Shown here in pieces: positions 25,715 through 33,623 of a stretch of 43,111 nucleotides of DNA. This DNA comes from a virus (taxonomy: Duplodnaviria > Caudoviricetes): IMG/VR virus record IMGVR_UViG_3300012232_000007, positions 1 through 43,111 of that record; one strand, written 5' to 3'. Positions within the stretch are counted from its first letter, which is position 1; every line of letters starts with the position of its first letter. Under the pieces are notes generated by a model, which did not search any database, had not been told where the DNA came from, and worked only from the letters and a program-made list of their open reading frames with translations. The position numbers and the translations under genes are program-made.

Positions 25715-25810
25715 GTCGCATCAGATTACTCCTGGTGCGGACGGGCCTCGGGGTGCTTCCAACACCGCCGGGGCCTTCCTGTATTCAGTTACTGCGTTGA
25801 TTATACTAAA
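25715..25810 (-). promoter_or_regulatory. Promoter and structured leader upstream of initiator
   Basis: TATAAT near 25805-25800; nested hairpin with GGTG-TTGGAAG-CACC; AGGAG in hairpin loop. Confidence 0.55.
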
Positions 25811-25815
25811 TTTCG

Positions 25816-26073
25816 TCACTGTCGGGTATCCGCAGTGCGCAGCATCGCACGACCATGCGCGTTGATCTCGTAGAGACTGCGGTCGACGCCATGCGACTCC
25901 ACCTCGGTGATGTAGCCGTCCAGGAGTAGTGCCTTGATCGTGCCGGGCTCCAGATCCTGCCAGGGGCCAATCGGGCGCACGAGCTGGAAGCGGTGCCCCA
26001 CACGCCACACGCGGCCCTCTGCAATCTGCCCCAGTAACTGCCGCTGGGTGTCGGTGAGTGCCGTAGCTGCCAT
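25816..26073 (-). CDS. Hypothetical protein (winged-helix-like)
   Basis: LTDTQRQLL..TIKALLLDGYI..YEINAHGR; GAGGAG RBS. Confidence 0.6.
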   Translation of the reverse strand: MAATALTDTQRQLLGQIAEGRVWRVGHRFQLVRPIGPWQDLEPGTIKALLLDGYITEVESHGVDRSLYEINAHGRAMLRTADTRQ

Positions 26074-26106
26074 GTGCCGCTCCTCTGTCTAATCGCTTTG
26101 AATAAG

Positions 26107-26140
26107 CGAGGGGGACGGCTACGATGAACCGTCCCCCTCG
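26107..26140 (-). terminator. Hairpin/putative intrinsic terminator after ssb
   Basis: 12-bp perfect stem CGAGGGGGACGG/CCGTCCCCCTCG followed by CTTATT on the - strand. Confidence 0.55.
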
Positions 26141-26148
26141 GGGTTAGA

Positions 26149-26556
26149 TCAAAATGGAATCGAGTCCAGGTCTTCCGGTGCTCCTGCGCTGGCTGTCGCG
26201 CCAACCGCGACCGTCTGCTCGCCGTCGCGCTTGCTGTCGAGGATCTGCATTTCGCTGGCCGTCACGTCGAGGCTGAATCGCTTCTCTCCGTTGGCCGCGT
26301 CATAGGTGCGCGTTGCTAGTCGCCCCTCAACGTAGACCCGACTCCCCTTATGCAGGTACTGGCTGCAGACATCGGCCAGCTTCCCGAATGCGGTGCAGCG
26401 GAACCACTCCGTAGACTCGGTGCGCTCTCCGCCAGTGTTGCGCGTGGTGCTCACCGCGACCGAGAAGTTGGTGAGCTGGGTACCGTTCGGGGTGAACTTC
26501 GATTCAGGATCACCCCCTAGGTGGCCGATCAGGGTGACTTTGGCCAGTCCGGCCAT
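26149..26556 (-). CDS. ssb: Single-stranded DNA-binding protein
   Basis: KVTLIGHLGGDPE, TEWF, KGSRVYVEGRL, acidic tip DSIPF. Confidence 0.96.
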   Translation of the reverse strand: MAGLAKVTLIGHLGGDPESKFTPNGTQLTNFSVAVSTTRNTGGERTESTEWFRCTAFGKLADVCSQYLHKGSRVYVEGRLATRTYDAANGEKRFSLDVTASEMQILDSKRDGEQTVAVGATASAGAPEDLDSIPF

Positions 26557-27227
26557 CAGACGACTCCGTTCATGGTGGTTTGCGCGGCGGCCTGTTCATC
26601 CAACGCCGTCTTGAGTTTTCGGCTGAGGTCCAACATCTCGGCGCGGGTGGTATCTCGGTCGATGGCGTAGTAGCTGGTATCCAGTCCTCGTGCCCTGGCG
26701 GCATCCATGCCGCGCTGATAGGCTTCATGGTCTGCGGTGGTTGGCATCGGGGAAGCGACCTTCGGCGCGGCTGGAGGAGTCGGCGTCACTTCCTTCGCGG
26801 GTGGCGTGGTGGTGGTCCGCTCGGGCTTCGGCGCTGGAGTCTCCCCCTCGGGCAAGTCCTCGCCGGCGTAGAGGTAGAGCCCGAGTCCGAACATGGCGAT
26901 GGCCTTCGTCAGACAACGCATCACCGCCGTATTGATCTGGAAGGCGTTCGGATTCTTGATCGCCTGGTTGGCCGCGTTCATCACCGGAAGCACTGCGGAT
27001 CTGGTCTTGCCTTCGATGGTCACGTTGACCTTGACGACCGCGGTGTCATCCCTCAGCCACATGCAGGGCTGGAGCGTGCCATGATCGTCGCCATACTCCA
27101 CCAGTTGCCAGTTGGCCTCGGGGTCTGCCTTCAGCACTTCCGCCCACGCCCAGCACCACGAGAGATAGGTAAACTTCCCCTTCTGCTCGGTATGGTCGTT
27201 GACGTTGACCGTGAGAAATTCGGTCAC
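26556..27227 (-). CDS. Sak-type single-strand annealing protein (DUF1071-like)
   Basis: EQKGKFTYLSW.WAW, LPVM, INTAVMRCLTKAIAMFGLGLYLYAGEDLP; next to ssb. Confidence 0.85.
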   Translation of the reverse strand: MTEFLTVNVNDHTEQKGKFTYLSWCWAWAEVLKADPEANWQLVEYGDDHGTLQPCMWLRDDTAVVKVNVTIEGKTRSAVLPVMNAANQAIKNPNAFQINTAVMRCLTKAIAMFGLGLYLYAGEDLPEGETPAPKPERTTTTPPAKEVTPTPPAAPKVASPMPTTADHEAYQRGMDAARARGLDTSYYAIDRDTTRAEMLDLSRKLKTALDEQAAAQTTMNGVV

Positions 27228-27424
27228 GATGTCGTCTCCCGTTGCGCAGCGATGCGGCGTGCCTCATTCGCCTCGCGGTAGTGCTGCAGGCAGAACACGC
27301 GGCCATGCTTGCGACGGCTGTAGGTGGCGAGTAGCTCGGGCGTCCACATGGTGCCGTCTCGGAAACGGATGTCCTTCAGCGGCTCGTCGCACAACTCGCA
27401 GGTGAATTGCGGTGTTTCGCTCAC
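27224..27424 (-). CDS. Hypothetical zinc-binding protein
   Basis: CELC..YSRRKHGRVFCLQH. Confidence 0.65.
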   Translation of the reverse strand: MSETPQFTCELCDEPLKDIRFRDGTMWTPELLATYSRRKHGRVFCLQHYREANEARRIAAQRETTS

Positions 27425-27436
27425 GATGTCGTCTCC
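27224..27436. repeat. 16-bp direct repeat flanking one gene (27224-27239, 27421-27436)
   Basis: TCACGATGTCGTCTCC twice, i.e. GGAG-ACGACATC-GTGA on the - strand. Confidence 0.85.
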
Positions 27437-27564
27437 TTCACCGGCAGCCCCAGCATCCGGCGGGCGGACTCGCGGCGCTGCTCGATGTAGCGGGCGAATA
27501 GCGGGTCGAGCCGGTGGCGGGCGTCCTGCTCGGCGCAGATGCGCGCGAATTGCTCAGCGGTCAT
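27421..27564 (-). CDS. Small hypothetical protein (47 aa)
   Basis: MTAEQFARICAEQ...KETTS*. Confidence 0.5.
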   Translation of the reverse strand: MTAEQFARICAEQDARHRLDPLFARYIEQRRESARRMLGLPVKETTS

Positions 27565-27745
27565 GCGCCACCTCGACAACATGGTGATCACGGAGGCGCC
27601 GATCGGTGGTCTCCAGTGCTGAGATCACGTCGCCTAAATCCTCGTCATCCCCGAAATAAATCTTGATCGACCAGAAATAGGTGCCATCTTTGTGGCGGTG
27701 CAGCTCGATGCTGCTGCGACTCTCGCGGGTCGTCGGCTCGCTCAT
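27554..27745 (-). CDS. Hypothetical protein
   Basis: MSEPTT..SIELHRHKDGTYFWSIKIY. Confidence 0.65.
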   Translation of the reverse strand: MSEPTTRESRSSIELHRHKDGTYFWSIKIYFGDDEDLGDVISALETTDRRLRDHHVVEVAHDR

Positions 27746-27942
27746 GGCCACACCCCATGCCGCCACAGCGCCGCCAGCAGCACCACCGCGAACAGCGTGG
27801 CGAGGTAGGCCCCGCCGGCAATCCCGTTCAGTACCGCACGCCAGTGCCGCCGCACGAACAGCCACAGCGAGCGCCGGGTGAGCCGCCGCTGGTGCCGGTG
27901 CCGGGCCGGGGCGTAGGCCACCGGGTGCAGATGGGCGGTCAT
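27742..27942 (-). CDS. Small membrane protein
   Basis: ATGA-coupled; C-terminal TM segment. Confidence 0.55.
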   Translation of the reverse strand: MTAHLHPVAYAPARHRHQRRLTRRSLWLFVRRHWRAVLNGIAGGAYLATLFAVVLLAALWRHGVWP

Positions 27943-28637
27943 GACGCCCGCTCCAGAGGCTGGCCAGCGAGATACCAATAGAGTCGTTTGGATTGCCACT
28001 GTCGTTCTGCGTCCCTGGCTGCGTCCCCGGCTGCGTCCCAGGCTGCGGCCCTGGCTGCGTCCCAGGCTGCGGCCCTGGCTGCGTCCCTGGCTGCGTCCCA
28101 GGCTGCGGCCCTGGCTGCGTCCCCGGCTGCGGCCCTGGCTGCGGCCCTGGCTGCGTCCCAGGCTGCGTCCCAGGCTGCGGCCAATTCCTCTTGTGTGGCT
28201 TCACCACGCGCGAAACGCCGCGCGACTGCGATGCTCTCCCAGGATCGCGGATCGGGTTCGCGCCCGCGTTCTCGCTCACGATTCAGGGCTCGCTCGGCAC
28301 AATCGCAGGCGAACAGGCGCGCAACCTGCGCATCCCAGTTCTCCACCCGGCTGACGAGTCGGGCACGGCGTACCACGACCTTGCTTTCGTCGGTGTCATT
28401 CACGTCCACCCGATCGCCGTCGTACTCTGCGATGAAGATGGCGGGACCGATCCAGTTGACCAGATCGGATGCTCGGCAGAGGTGGTAGCCATTGCGGCAA
28501 GGGTCCAGTGCGCCACGAATGGCGGGCATCCACTCGCCGGGACCGTCTGCGGTTGGCAGGTGCCACTGTCCCTGTCCGCCGTGATAACAACTACCGTCCT
28601 CGTTGAGGATCTTGTACAAGCGTTCAGACTCGCTCAC
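27939..28637 (-). CDS. Phage protein with Imm5-like domain and AA(W/R/G)(D/A) repeats
   Basis: CRNGYH, KVVVRR, RLFACDCAERAL..DPRSWESI.VAR.FARG, then repeats. Confidence 0.7.
   Translation of the reverse strand: MSESERLYKILNEDGSCYHGGQGQWHLPTADGPGEWMPAIRGALDPCRNGYHLCRASDLVNWIGPAIFIAEYDGDRVDVNDTDESKVVVRRARLVSRVENWDAQVARLFACDCAERALNRERERGREPDPRSWESIAVARRFARGEATQEELAAAWDAAWDAARAAARAAAGDAARAAAWDAARDAARAAAWDAARAAAWDAAGDAARDAERQWQSKRLYWYLAGQPLERAS
28008..28182. repeat. 12-bp coding tandem repeat (~14 copies)
   Basis: GGCTGCG(T/G)CCC(A/T/C) units encoding AAWD/AARA/AARD/AAGD. Confidence 0.9.
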
Positions 28638-28875
28638 TTCGCCCCCTCCCGCTCGGCGGCGCGGCGCTCGGCATCGGCCCACAGCACGTCCAGAAGCCTC
28701 TGGAGGGCGCACCCCGCCTCGGGGCTGATCCGCTATCTCGATGGAAACCACGGCGCACGTCGACTTCTAGGGCATCCCGGTAGGCGATCATGCTGGAGAT
28801 CACCGCGCCGTTACTCTTGGTGATGACCACCACCTCGTCACGGGTGGGGTACACTAGGGTTGGTTCAGGTTCCAC
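28624..28875 (-). CDS. Hypothetical protein
   Basis: AAGGAGG RBS after a hairpin at 28892-28921. Confidence 0.5.
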   Translation of the reverse strand: MEPEPTLVYPTRDEVVVITKSNGAVISSMIAYRDALEVDVRRGFHRDSGSAPRRGAPSRGFWTCCGPMPSAAPPSGRGRSERV

Positions 28876-29011
28876 GTTCTCTCTCCTCCTTGACGGTCGA
28901 GCGCTAACGACGCTCGGCCGTTCTTGTGTCCTGGGGCTGCGTCATTTCGGTGGCCATCACCTCCTGTGCGGTCACCTGTTGGCACTGGGCGATCAGCCCG
29001 GCCATCACGGT

Positions 29012-29809
29012 CTACAGCTCCTCCAGCTCGGACTTCCGAATTAGCACCCAGCCCGCCTCACCGATGGCGCGGTACGCGGCGGCATCCCGCACCAGTGCTT
29101 CGTGCTCGGTCTTGATTTCCTGCCATGACCGTCCTTGAACCATTGCGTTTACCGCAGCGACGGACGTATTGAATGCCTTCGCTACATCCTTCCTATCCAC
29201 CCCCATATGCGTCACCCCCGTGAGAATCAATAAGACTTGGCGCTGGGTGAGATTCGTACGGGACGAATTCTCTCCCTTAAAAGTCACCGTGCGGCGCCTC
29301 CCTTTGCTGTCCATGTCCTCCATGTTTTCTTTCGGAGTCCCGAGGAATAGATGGTCAGGACGGACGCAGAGCGGGTTATCACAGTGGTGACAGACAAAGA
29401 GACCGGGTGGGATTGCTCCGTTGTGAAGCATCCAAGAGTAGCGATGAGCCCCCATCTTGCGACGATGGGCAAGGTTCATTCCGCCGTAGCGATTGCCCGA
29501 CCGTGACTTCACGGTCCATTGCCAACACGCACCTAGTGTTACGGCCAGAATTGGGCCATTCTTATCTACGTGGTCCCAGAACCTCTCTACATCTGGCCGA
29601 TCTCTCCCCTCGTAAGCGCAGGGGAGAGAGCAGAATCTGCCGCCTGACTTGCGGTCATTGGCAATGGTTGGTCGGAACAACTTCCCACAGACAGCACAAT
29701 TCCTTATGTCCGCGAGCCGTCTCCTTCTGGAGTCCCTGTCAGTAATCAGCTCGCGGTCGATGGCCTCGGTCAGCGGCGTGGTGTCGGGCGGCAGGATGTC
29801 GTGGCTCAC
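29012..29809 (-). CDS. HNH endonuclease
   Basis: CAVC..FCSLPC, RFWDHVDK, AHRYSW, VCHHCDNPLCVRPDHLFLGTPKENMED, GENSSRTNLT. Confidence 0.9.
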   Translation of the reverse strand: MSHDILPPDTTPLTEAIDRELITDRDSRRRRLADIRNCAVCGKLFRPTIANDRKSGGRFCSLPCAYEGRDRPDVERFWDHVDKNGPILAVTLGACWQWTVKSRSGNRYGGMNLAHRRKMGAHRYSWMLHNGAIPPGLFVCHHCDNPLCVRPDHLFLGTPKENMEDMDSKGRRRTVTFKGENSSRTNLTQRQVLLILTGVTHMGVDRKDVAKAFNTSVAAVNAMVQGRSWQEIKTEHEALVRDAAAYRAIGEAGWVLIRKSELEEL

Positions 29810-30024
29810 TGCCCCGCTCCCTTCGCCTGCCGCACCAGTCGTCCGCACTCAGAGCTGAGCCGGAGCGCATCCGCCAGCGCGTTGAAGGGGGCTTGCTCCA
29901 GCGGGGCGCGCAGCATGATCTGCTCGATGGTGTAGGTAAGCGTGGAGACCAGCCGCTCGGCATCCTCGATGCCTGGCGGCGTGGCGGTGCGGATCGCGCG
30001 GATGGTGGGCGGGGCTCCGGTCAT
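29806..30024 (-). CDS. Hypothetical protein
   Basis: Coupled ORF in early operon. Confidence 0.55.
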   Translation of the reverse strand: MTGAPPTIRAIRTATPPGIEDAERLVSTLTYTIEQIMLRAPLEQAPFNALADALRLSSECGRLVRQAKGAGQ

Positions 30025-30365
30025 GGTGCACTCCATTCGATGGATCGGTGCTGACTGCCCCAATTGATCGCATCACCGCAGTCCGGCATCCAAATGTCTA
30101 CGTGGTTGCCGAGTACCCCACCTCCCGTGTCGAGCGCGGTAAACGTGCGGCTGGTGCCAGCAATGTCCACTTGCGCGTAGAGTGGGATCACACGGGGGTC
30201 GACCGCCACCGCACCCCAGCGGGTGTACTCGCCGGTGCGCATCGGCCCGTGAATGCAAAACGCCGTCACGCGGAAGGTGCCGCTCCCCGAGGGAGCCTGC
30301 GCCGAGGCCGGGACACTAGTGGCCGCCAGCAGCGCAAGGGAGAGGGCCACGGATCGAGTGCTCAT
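30021..30365 (-). CDS. Secreted 3D (Asp-Asp-Asp) domain protein
   Basis: Signal peptide; VTAF, AVDPRVIPL, ALDTGG, VDIWM. Confidence 0.88.
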   Translation of the reverse strand: MSTRSVALSLALLAATSVPASAQAPSGSGTFRVTAFCIHGPMRTGEYTRWGAVAVDPRVIPLYAQVDIAGTSRTFTALDTGGGVLGNHVDIWMPDCGDAINWGSQHRSIEWSAP

Positions 30366-30583
30366 ACCGGCACTCCCTTCTGCCGAAGGGCTCCCTGCTC
30401 AGCATCCCGATACCCGGCCTGGTAGGCGTCGATGTCGCCCTGGTCCCAGGTCGTGAAGTTGGTTCGCATCGGCTCGCCGTGCTGCTGAATGTGCACGCCA
30501 TGTCGGTACGACCAGACGTGCTTGCGATGCGCGGCGGGCACAATCAGGGCGGTTGCGCCGAACGACGGCGTGTAAGCGGTCAC
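30362..30583 (-). CDS. Hypothetical protein
   Basis: AYQAGYRDAEQG; coupled ORF. Confidence 0.55.
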   Translation of the reverse strand: MTAYTPSFGATALIVPAAHRKHVWSYRHGVHIQQHGEPMRTNFTTWDQGDIDAYQAGYRDAEQGALRQKGVPV

Positions 30584-30849
30584 GCGGATACCTCTCCCAT
30601 CTCGCGCTCTTTGCGCTGCTGGCGCTGGCGCCGCTCAATCGCTGCAACTTGGAGCCACGCGGGGGCTTCGTCCAATGCGCGCTCGAGGAGGAGGGTGACG
30701 ATCACGGCAAACGGCATGCCCGTGTCGTCTGCCCACTGCTGGACTCGCCCCACCAGAGAGGTTGGAATGCGGGTTACTCGCCCATGGCGATCCGCGTGTA
30801 CTTGCACCCTGCGCGCCTCCCGTTGCATACCTGCATGCGTGTTGTGCAT
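30580..30849 (-). CDS. Putative Cro-equivalent (ribbon-helix-helix-like) regulator
   Basis: First gene divergent from repressor; VTRIPTSLVGRVQQWADDTGMPFAVIVTLLLERAL. Confidence 0.55.
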   Translation of the reverse strand: MHNTHAGMQREARRVQVHADRHGRVTRIPTSLVGRVQQWADDTGMPFAVIVTLLLERALDEAPAWLQVAAIERRQRQQRKEREMGEVSA

Positions 30850-30995
30850 GCATCATGATACATCGGTTACATCATGCATGCAACGATTTAGGTATGCACG
30901 GAATCGGGAAAACGAGCGCACCTGCGAAGGAGGGTGGAACCGGGGAGAACGGGATGCGTTATCATGCGTGTAACTATTCGTACATGATGTAACGC
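30846..30995. promoter_or_regulatory. Divergent immunity control region with operator-like repeats
   Basis: GTTACATCATG (30866-30876) and its reverse complement CATGATGTAAC (30983-30993), plus further CATCATG/ATCATG variants. Confidence 0.6.
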
Positions 30996-31015
30996 GACCA
31001 GACCGGAGATGGAGC

Positions 31016-31465
31016 ATGGAATTACGAGACGTGGTACGAGCCGAACTGCACCGACGGAAGTGGAGTCAGTCCGAATTTGGGCGGATGGTCGGGGCGAATG
31101 CCGCGTTGGTCAGCCGGTGGCTGAGCGAATCGGCTCCGGTCGTCCCTGGGCCGTATTACTGTCGGCGCATCGCGGAAGTGCTTGGGCTCCCGAAGGCGCA
31201 CATCATGCAACTGGCCGGGCACGATGAGCCAACCCCAGCCGAGCCGTCCGGGATCGACATGGAAAAGCAGCAGGCGCTTTTGGCCTTCGAGCGCATATTA
31301 GATGAAAGGCCGCGGTCCCGCTGGCGTGGCATCGTCGCCATCACGCGCGGAGTGGCGGAGGCGCTCGAGGATGAGGTGCCACCGGACCCCTCCACCCATC
31401 ATGGAAACGACGATGGTAGAGATAATGTGAATAGGCATAATCTCGTAGGAGTTTTGGTCGCATAG
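31016..31465 (+). CDS. XRE-family HTH repressor
   Basis: WSQSEFGRMVGANAALVSRWL..CRRIAEVLGLP..LAGH; divergent layout. Confidence 0.88.
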   Translation: MELRDVVRAELHRRKWSQSEFGRMVGANAALVSRWLSESAPVVPGPYYCRRIAEVLGLPKAHIMQLAGHDEPTPAEPSGIDMEKQQALLAFERILDERPRSRWRGIVAITRGVAEALEDEVPPDPSTHHGNDDGRDNVNRHNLVGVLVA

Positions 31466-31590
31466 CTGCCAAATAAGCACGCAAAGCTGCCAATAGCACC
31501 TATAGATAATTGGCCAGGTGGCTGATGTCAAATGGCACTCGTGATAGTATCATCCGGCACTCACGACGATTGACTGATTGAGGGAGCGGT

Positions 31591-31884
31591 ATGCAATGTC
31601 CTTGCGGCAACAGCGCCGTCACTGACGGTGACTTTGAATGCGAGCGAGGGAAGGCGAACTATCACCCGTGGAGTGGGGGCGGGCTACTGGTCTCACCCTG
31701 CGGGTCGTTCATGTGGCGACAGGGGGATGACCGTTGGGAGGTGGTTAGTGGGTCAGTCGGGGCAAAGTCGGCCGATGGACCAGATAAGCCGGACGCGGGA
31801 GTGATCGTGGCCACTACGCGGGGTAAACTGGTGATAACCGTGTCGCTCGTGGTCGATCTTACGGGACTGGTGGATGACCAGTAG
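31591..31884 (+). CDS. Hypothetical protein
   Basis: GAGGGAG RBS; 97 aa. Confidence 0.5.
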   Translation: MQCPCGNSAVTDGDFECERGKANYHPWSGGGLLVSPCGSFMWRQGDDRWEVVSGSVGAKSADGPDKPDAGVIVATTRGKLVITVSLVVDLTGLVDDQ

Positions 31885-32029
31885 CTTGGGCTTCACACAA
31901 TCCGTCTAGTGGGCTTGGTAAAGATAATATTCCTTAGCTATGTCAACATAACGATTAATGCTTAGTTGGTGACCGTGTGTCAGGGAGGAGGCCCGAGCAT
32001 GGAAACGACCATTGTTGCAGGGGGTTCAG

Positions 32030-32308
32030 GTGGCCAACTCGGATTCTGAAAAGCAAGAGACGCATTGGGATGACTGCTGGCGGGTGCATCTTCCGTGCGC
32101 GGTAGTGAGAATCGAAGAGCTTACCACGCAGGTGGGTGCGGGGCTGACGGCGCACAGCCGCGATGCGATGGCCGATATGTTGGCGGAGGCGCAGACGGTG
32201 ACCGATGCCCAGGCTGCCCGAATCGCGGCGCTCGAGTCGCGGATAGCCGAGATGGAAGACGACCGGCAGCAAGCGGCGTGGGAGCGCGAGGAGGCTGACC
32301 GTGGCTGA
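32030..32308 (+). CDS. Hypothetical coiled-coil protein
   Basis: THWDDCWRVHLPCAVVRIEEL; ends DRG*. Confidence 0.6.
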   Translation: MANSDSEKQETHWDDCWRVHLPCAVVRIEELTTQVGAGLTAHSRDAMADMLAEAQTVTDAQAARIAALESRIAEMEDDRQQAAWEREEADRG

Positions 32309-32633
32309 GGCGCGGCGCGCACGGGATGGGGATGAGCGAGACTGAGCAGGACGCAGCCAGAGAGCTATTCGACGCATGGCTCGCCGCGCTGACCAATGAA
32401 CCTGGCTGGATGAGTCGCGGAACCTTTGACCTGTGCCGCTCCGCATTCGACGCCGGCGTGGCGCACGGGCGGGCGGAGGCGCTGGAGGCGCGGATTGCCG
32501 AGTTGCGCACGCATCTGGACTGGATGATGGCGCATGTCCTGGAGTCGCGCCCGGATGACGATTGGCTCAAGATCATGCTCCGTCAGGCGCTGAGTAGCTT
32601 GGAGCCCAGCGACCGTGGCTGAGGCGCGGCGCG
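32297..32633. repeat. 23-bp direct repeat (32297-32319, 32611-32633)
   Basis: GACCGTGGCTGAGGCGCGGCGCG twice, each spanning a stop codon. Confidence 0.9.
32326..32622 (+). CDS. Hypothetical protein
   Basis: 98 aa; ends DRG*. Confidence 0.6.
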   Translation: MGMSETEQDAARELFDAWLAALTNEPGWMSRGTFDLCRSAFDAGVAHGRAEALEARIAELRTHLDWMMAHVLESRPDDDWLKIMLRQALSSLEPSDRG

Positions 32634-32680
32634 ATCAGCCGCCCTGCCGCTGAATCTTGGCCACGATGCGGGCCCGCAGC

Positions 32681-33619
32681 TCAGGCCAGCAACGCGGTGA
32701 CAATCTGCTCTAGTCGGTCAAGGCCAGCCGTGCCACCCTGCACCGCTCTCCGACAGGCTTCCCAATCCTCCGCGTCGGCCATCGTCTGAATGTCGCGCCC
32801 CGCAAAGTACCAGGCGAACACCTGAGCCGCTGGTACGGGCTCGAGCGCGCGGTCGGGAACACTTACGAGATCAATCCCGATGGCATCACCAGCCGCCTGG
32901 TAATTTGATGTCCAGGTCAGTTGAATAAATCCCCGCCCATAGTACGGATAGTACCGCAGGTTCACCGCCCGCCATGCCTCGTCCATCCAGAATGCTTCCC
33001 GCACGGGGGCAAACGTGCTCGCCGTCTCGATCGCTACGGTGCCGCAAGCCACCGCCAGCGTGTTCGTCGACGACTGCCCCACCGCCTGGAGCTCCGCCAG
33101 GATGCGCGGCCAGTGCTCCGCGATGGTGGCTGCTGGGCAGCCCGTCGCGGCGGCGATCTCCTCCACCGTCCAGGGCGAGCCCTCTACGGGCGGCCGCTCG
33201 AGGCCGTGGATGCGCCGATGGCCATAGTAGTGCTCTTGCCAGTAGTCGGAGCCGTAGTCGGTGAGCCCGACCCCAGCCGGGATATGCGTATCCCACATCT
33301 GCCCCACGGGTTGCGGAGCTCGAATGATCCCCAGGTGCGTTACCGTGTCGGCCGGGGCATAGGTCCGGGTGAAGAAGATAAGGTCGCCGGGTTGGACATC
33401 ATCCCCGGTGTCCTGGGCGTTGTCATAGATTCGTTGGGCGCTGGTGTAATCGGGATTGCCCAGGTCGACGCCGATATCTGCGAAAACCTTACACACAAAG
33501 CCCGAACAATCCAATCCTCCGTCACGGTCAATGTCTTTTCCCCCGAATACATACGGCACCCCCTCGTACTTACGGCACGCAGCCCACAGTTGATCAAGTT
33601 GTGACACCCCCGGTCCCAC
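32681..33619 (-). CDS. Endolysin: NlpC/P60 peptidase plus GH19 domain
   Basis: GVPYVFGG, LDCSGFV, QPGDLIFF, THLGI; IETA..E, YYGRGFIQLTWTSNY. Confidence 0.92.
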   Translation of the reverse strand: MGPGVSQLDQLWAACRKYEGVPYVFGGKDIDRDGGLDCSGFVCKVFADIGVDLGNPDYTSAQRIYDNAQDTGDDVQPGDLIFFTRTYAPADTVTHLGIIRAPQPVGQMWDTHIPAGVGLTDYGSDYWQEHYYGHRRIHGLERPPVEGSPWTVEEIAAATGCPAATIAEHWPRILAELQAVGQSSTNTLAVACGTVAIETASTFAPVREAFWMDEAWRAVNLRYYPYYGRGFIQLTWTSNYQAAGDAIGIDLVSVPDRALEPVPAAQVFAWYFAGRDIQTMADAEDWEACRRAVQGGTAGLDRLEQIVTALLA

Positions 33620-33623
33620 CGGG

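Noticed and set aside
28008-28182. CRISPR array or PGTQ/PGCV repeat proteins
   Set aside because: Contiguous 12-bp units without spacers; the alternative-frame ORFs are shadows of the AAWD repeat
31900-31960. Canonical dif/attP site
   Set aside because: Arm spacing is not 6 bp and the match is loose; kept only as a low-confidence idea
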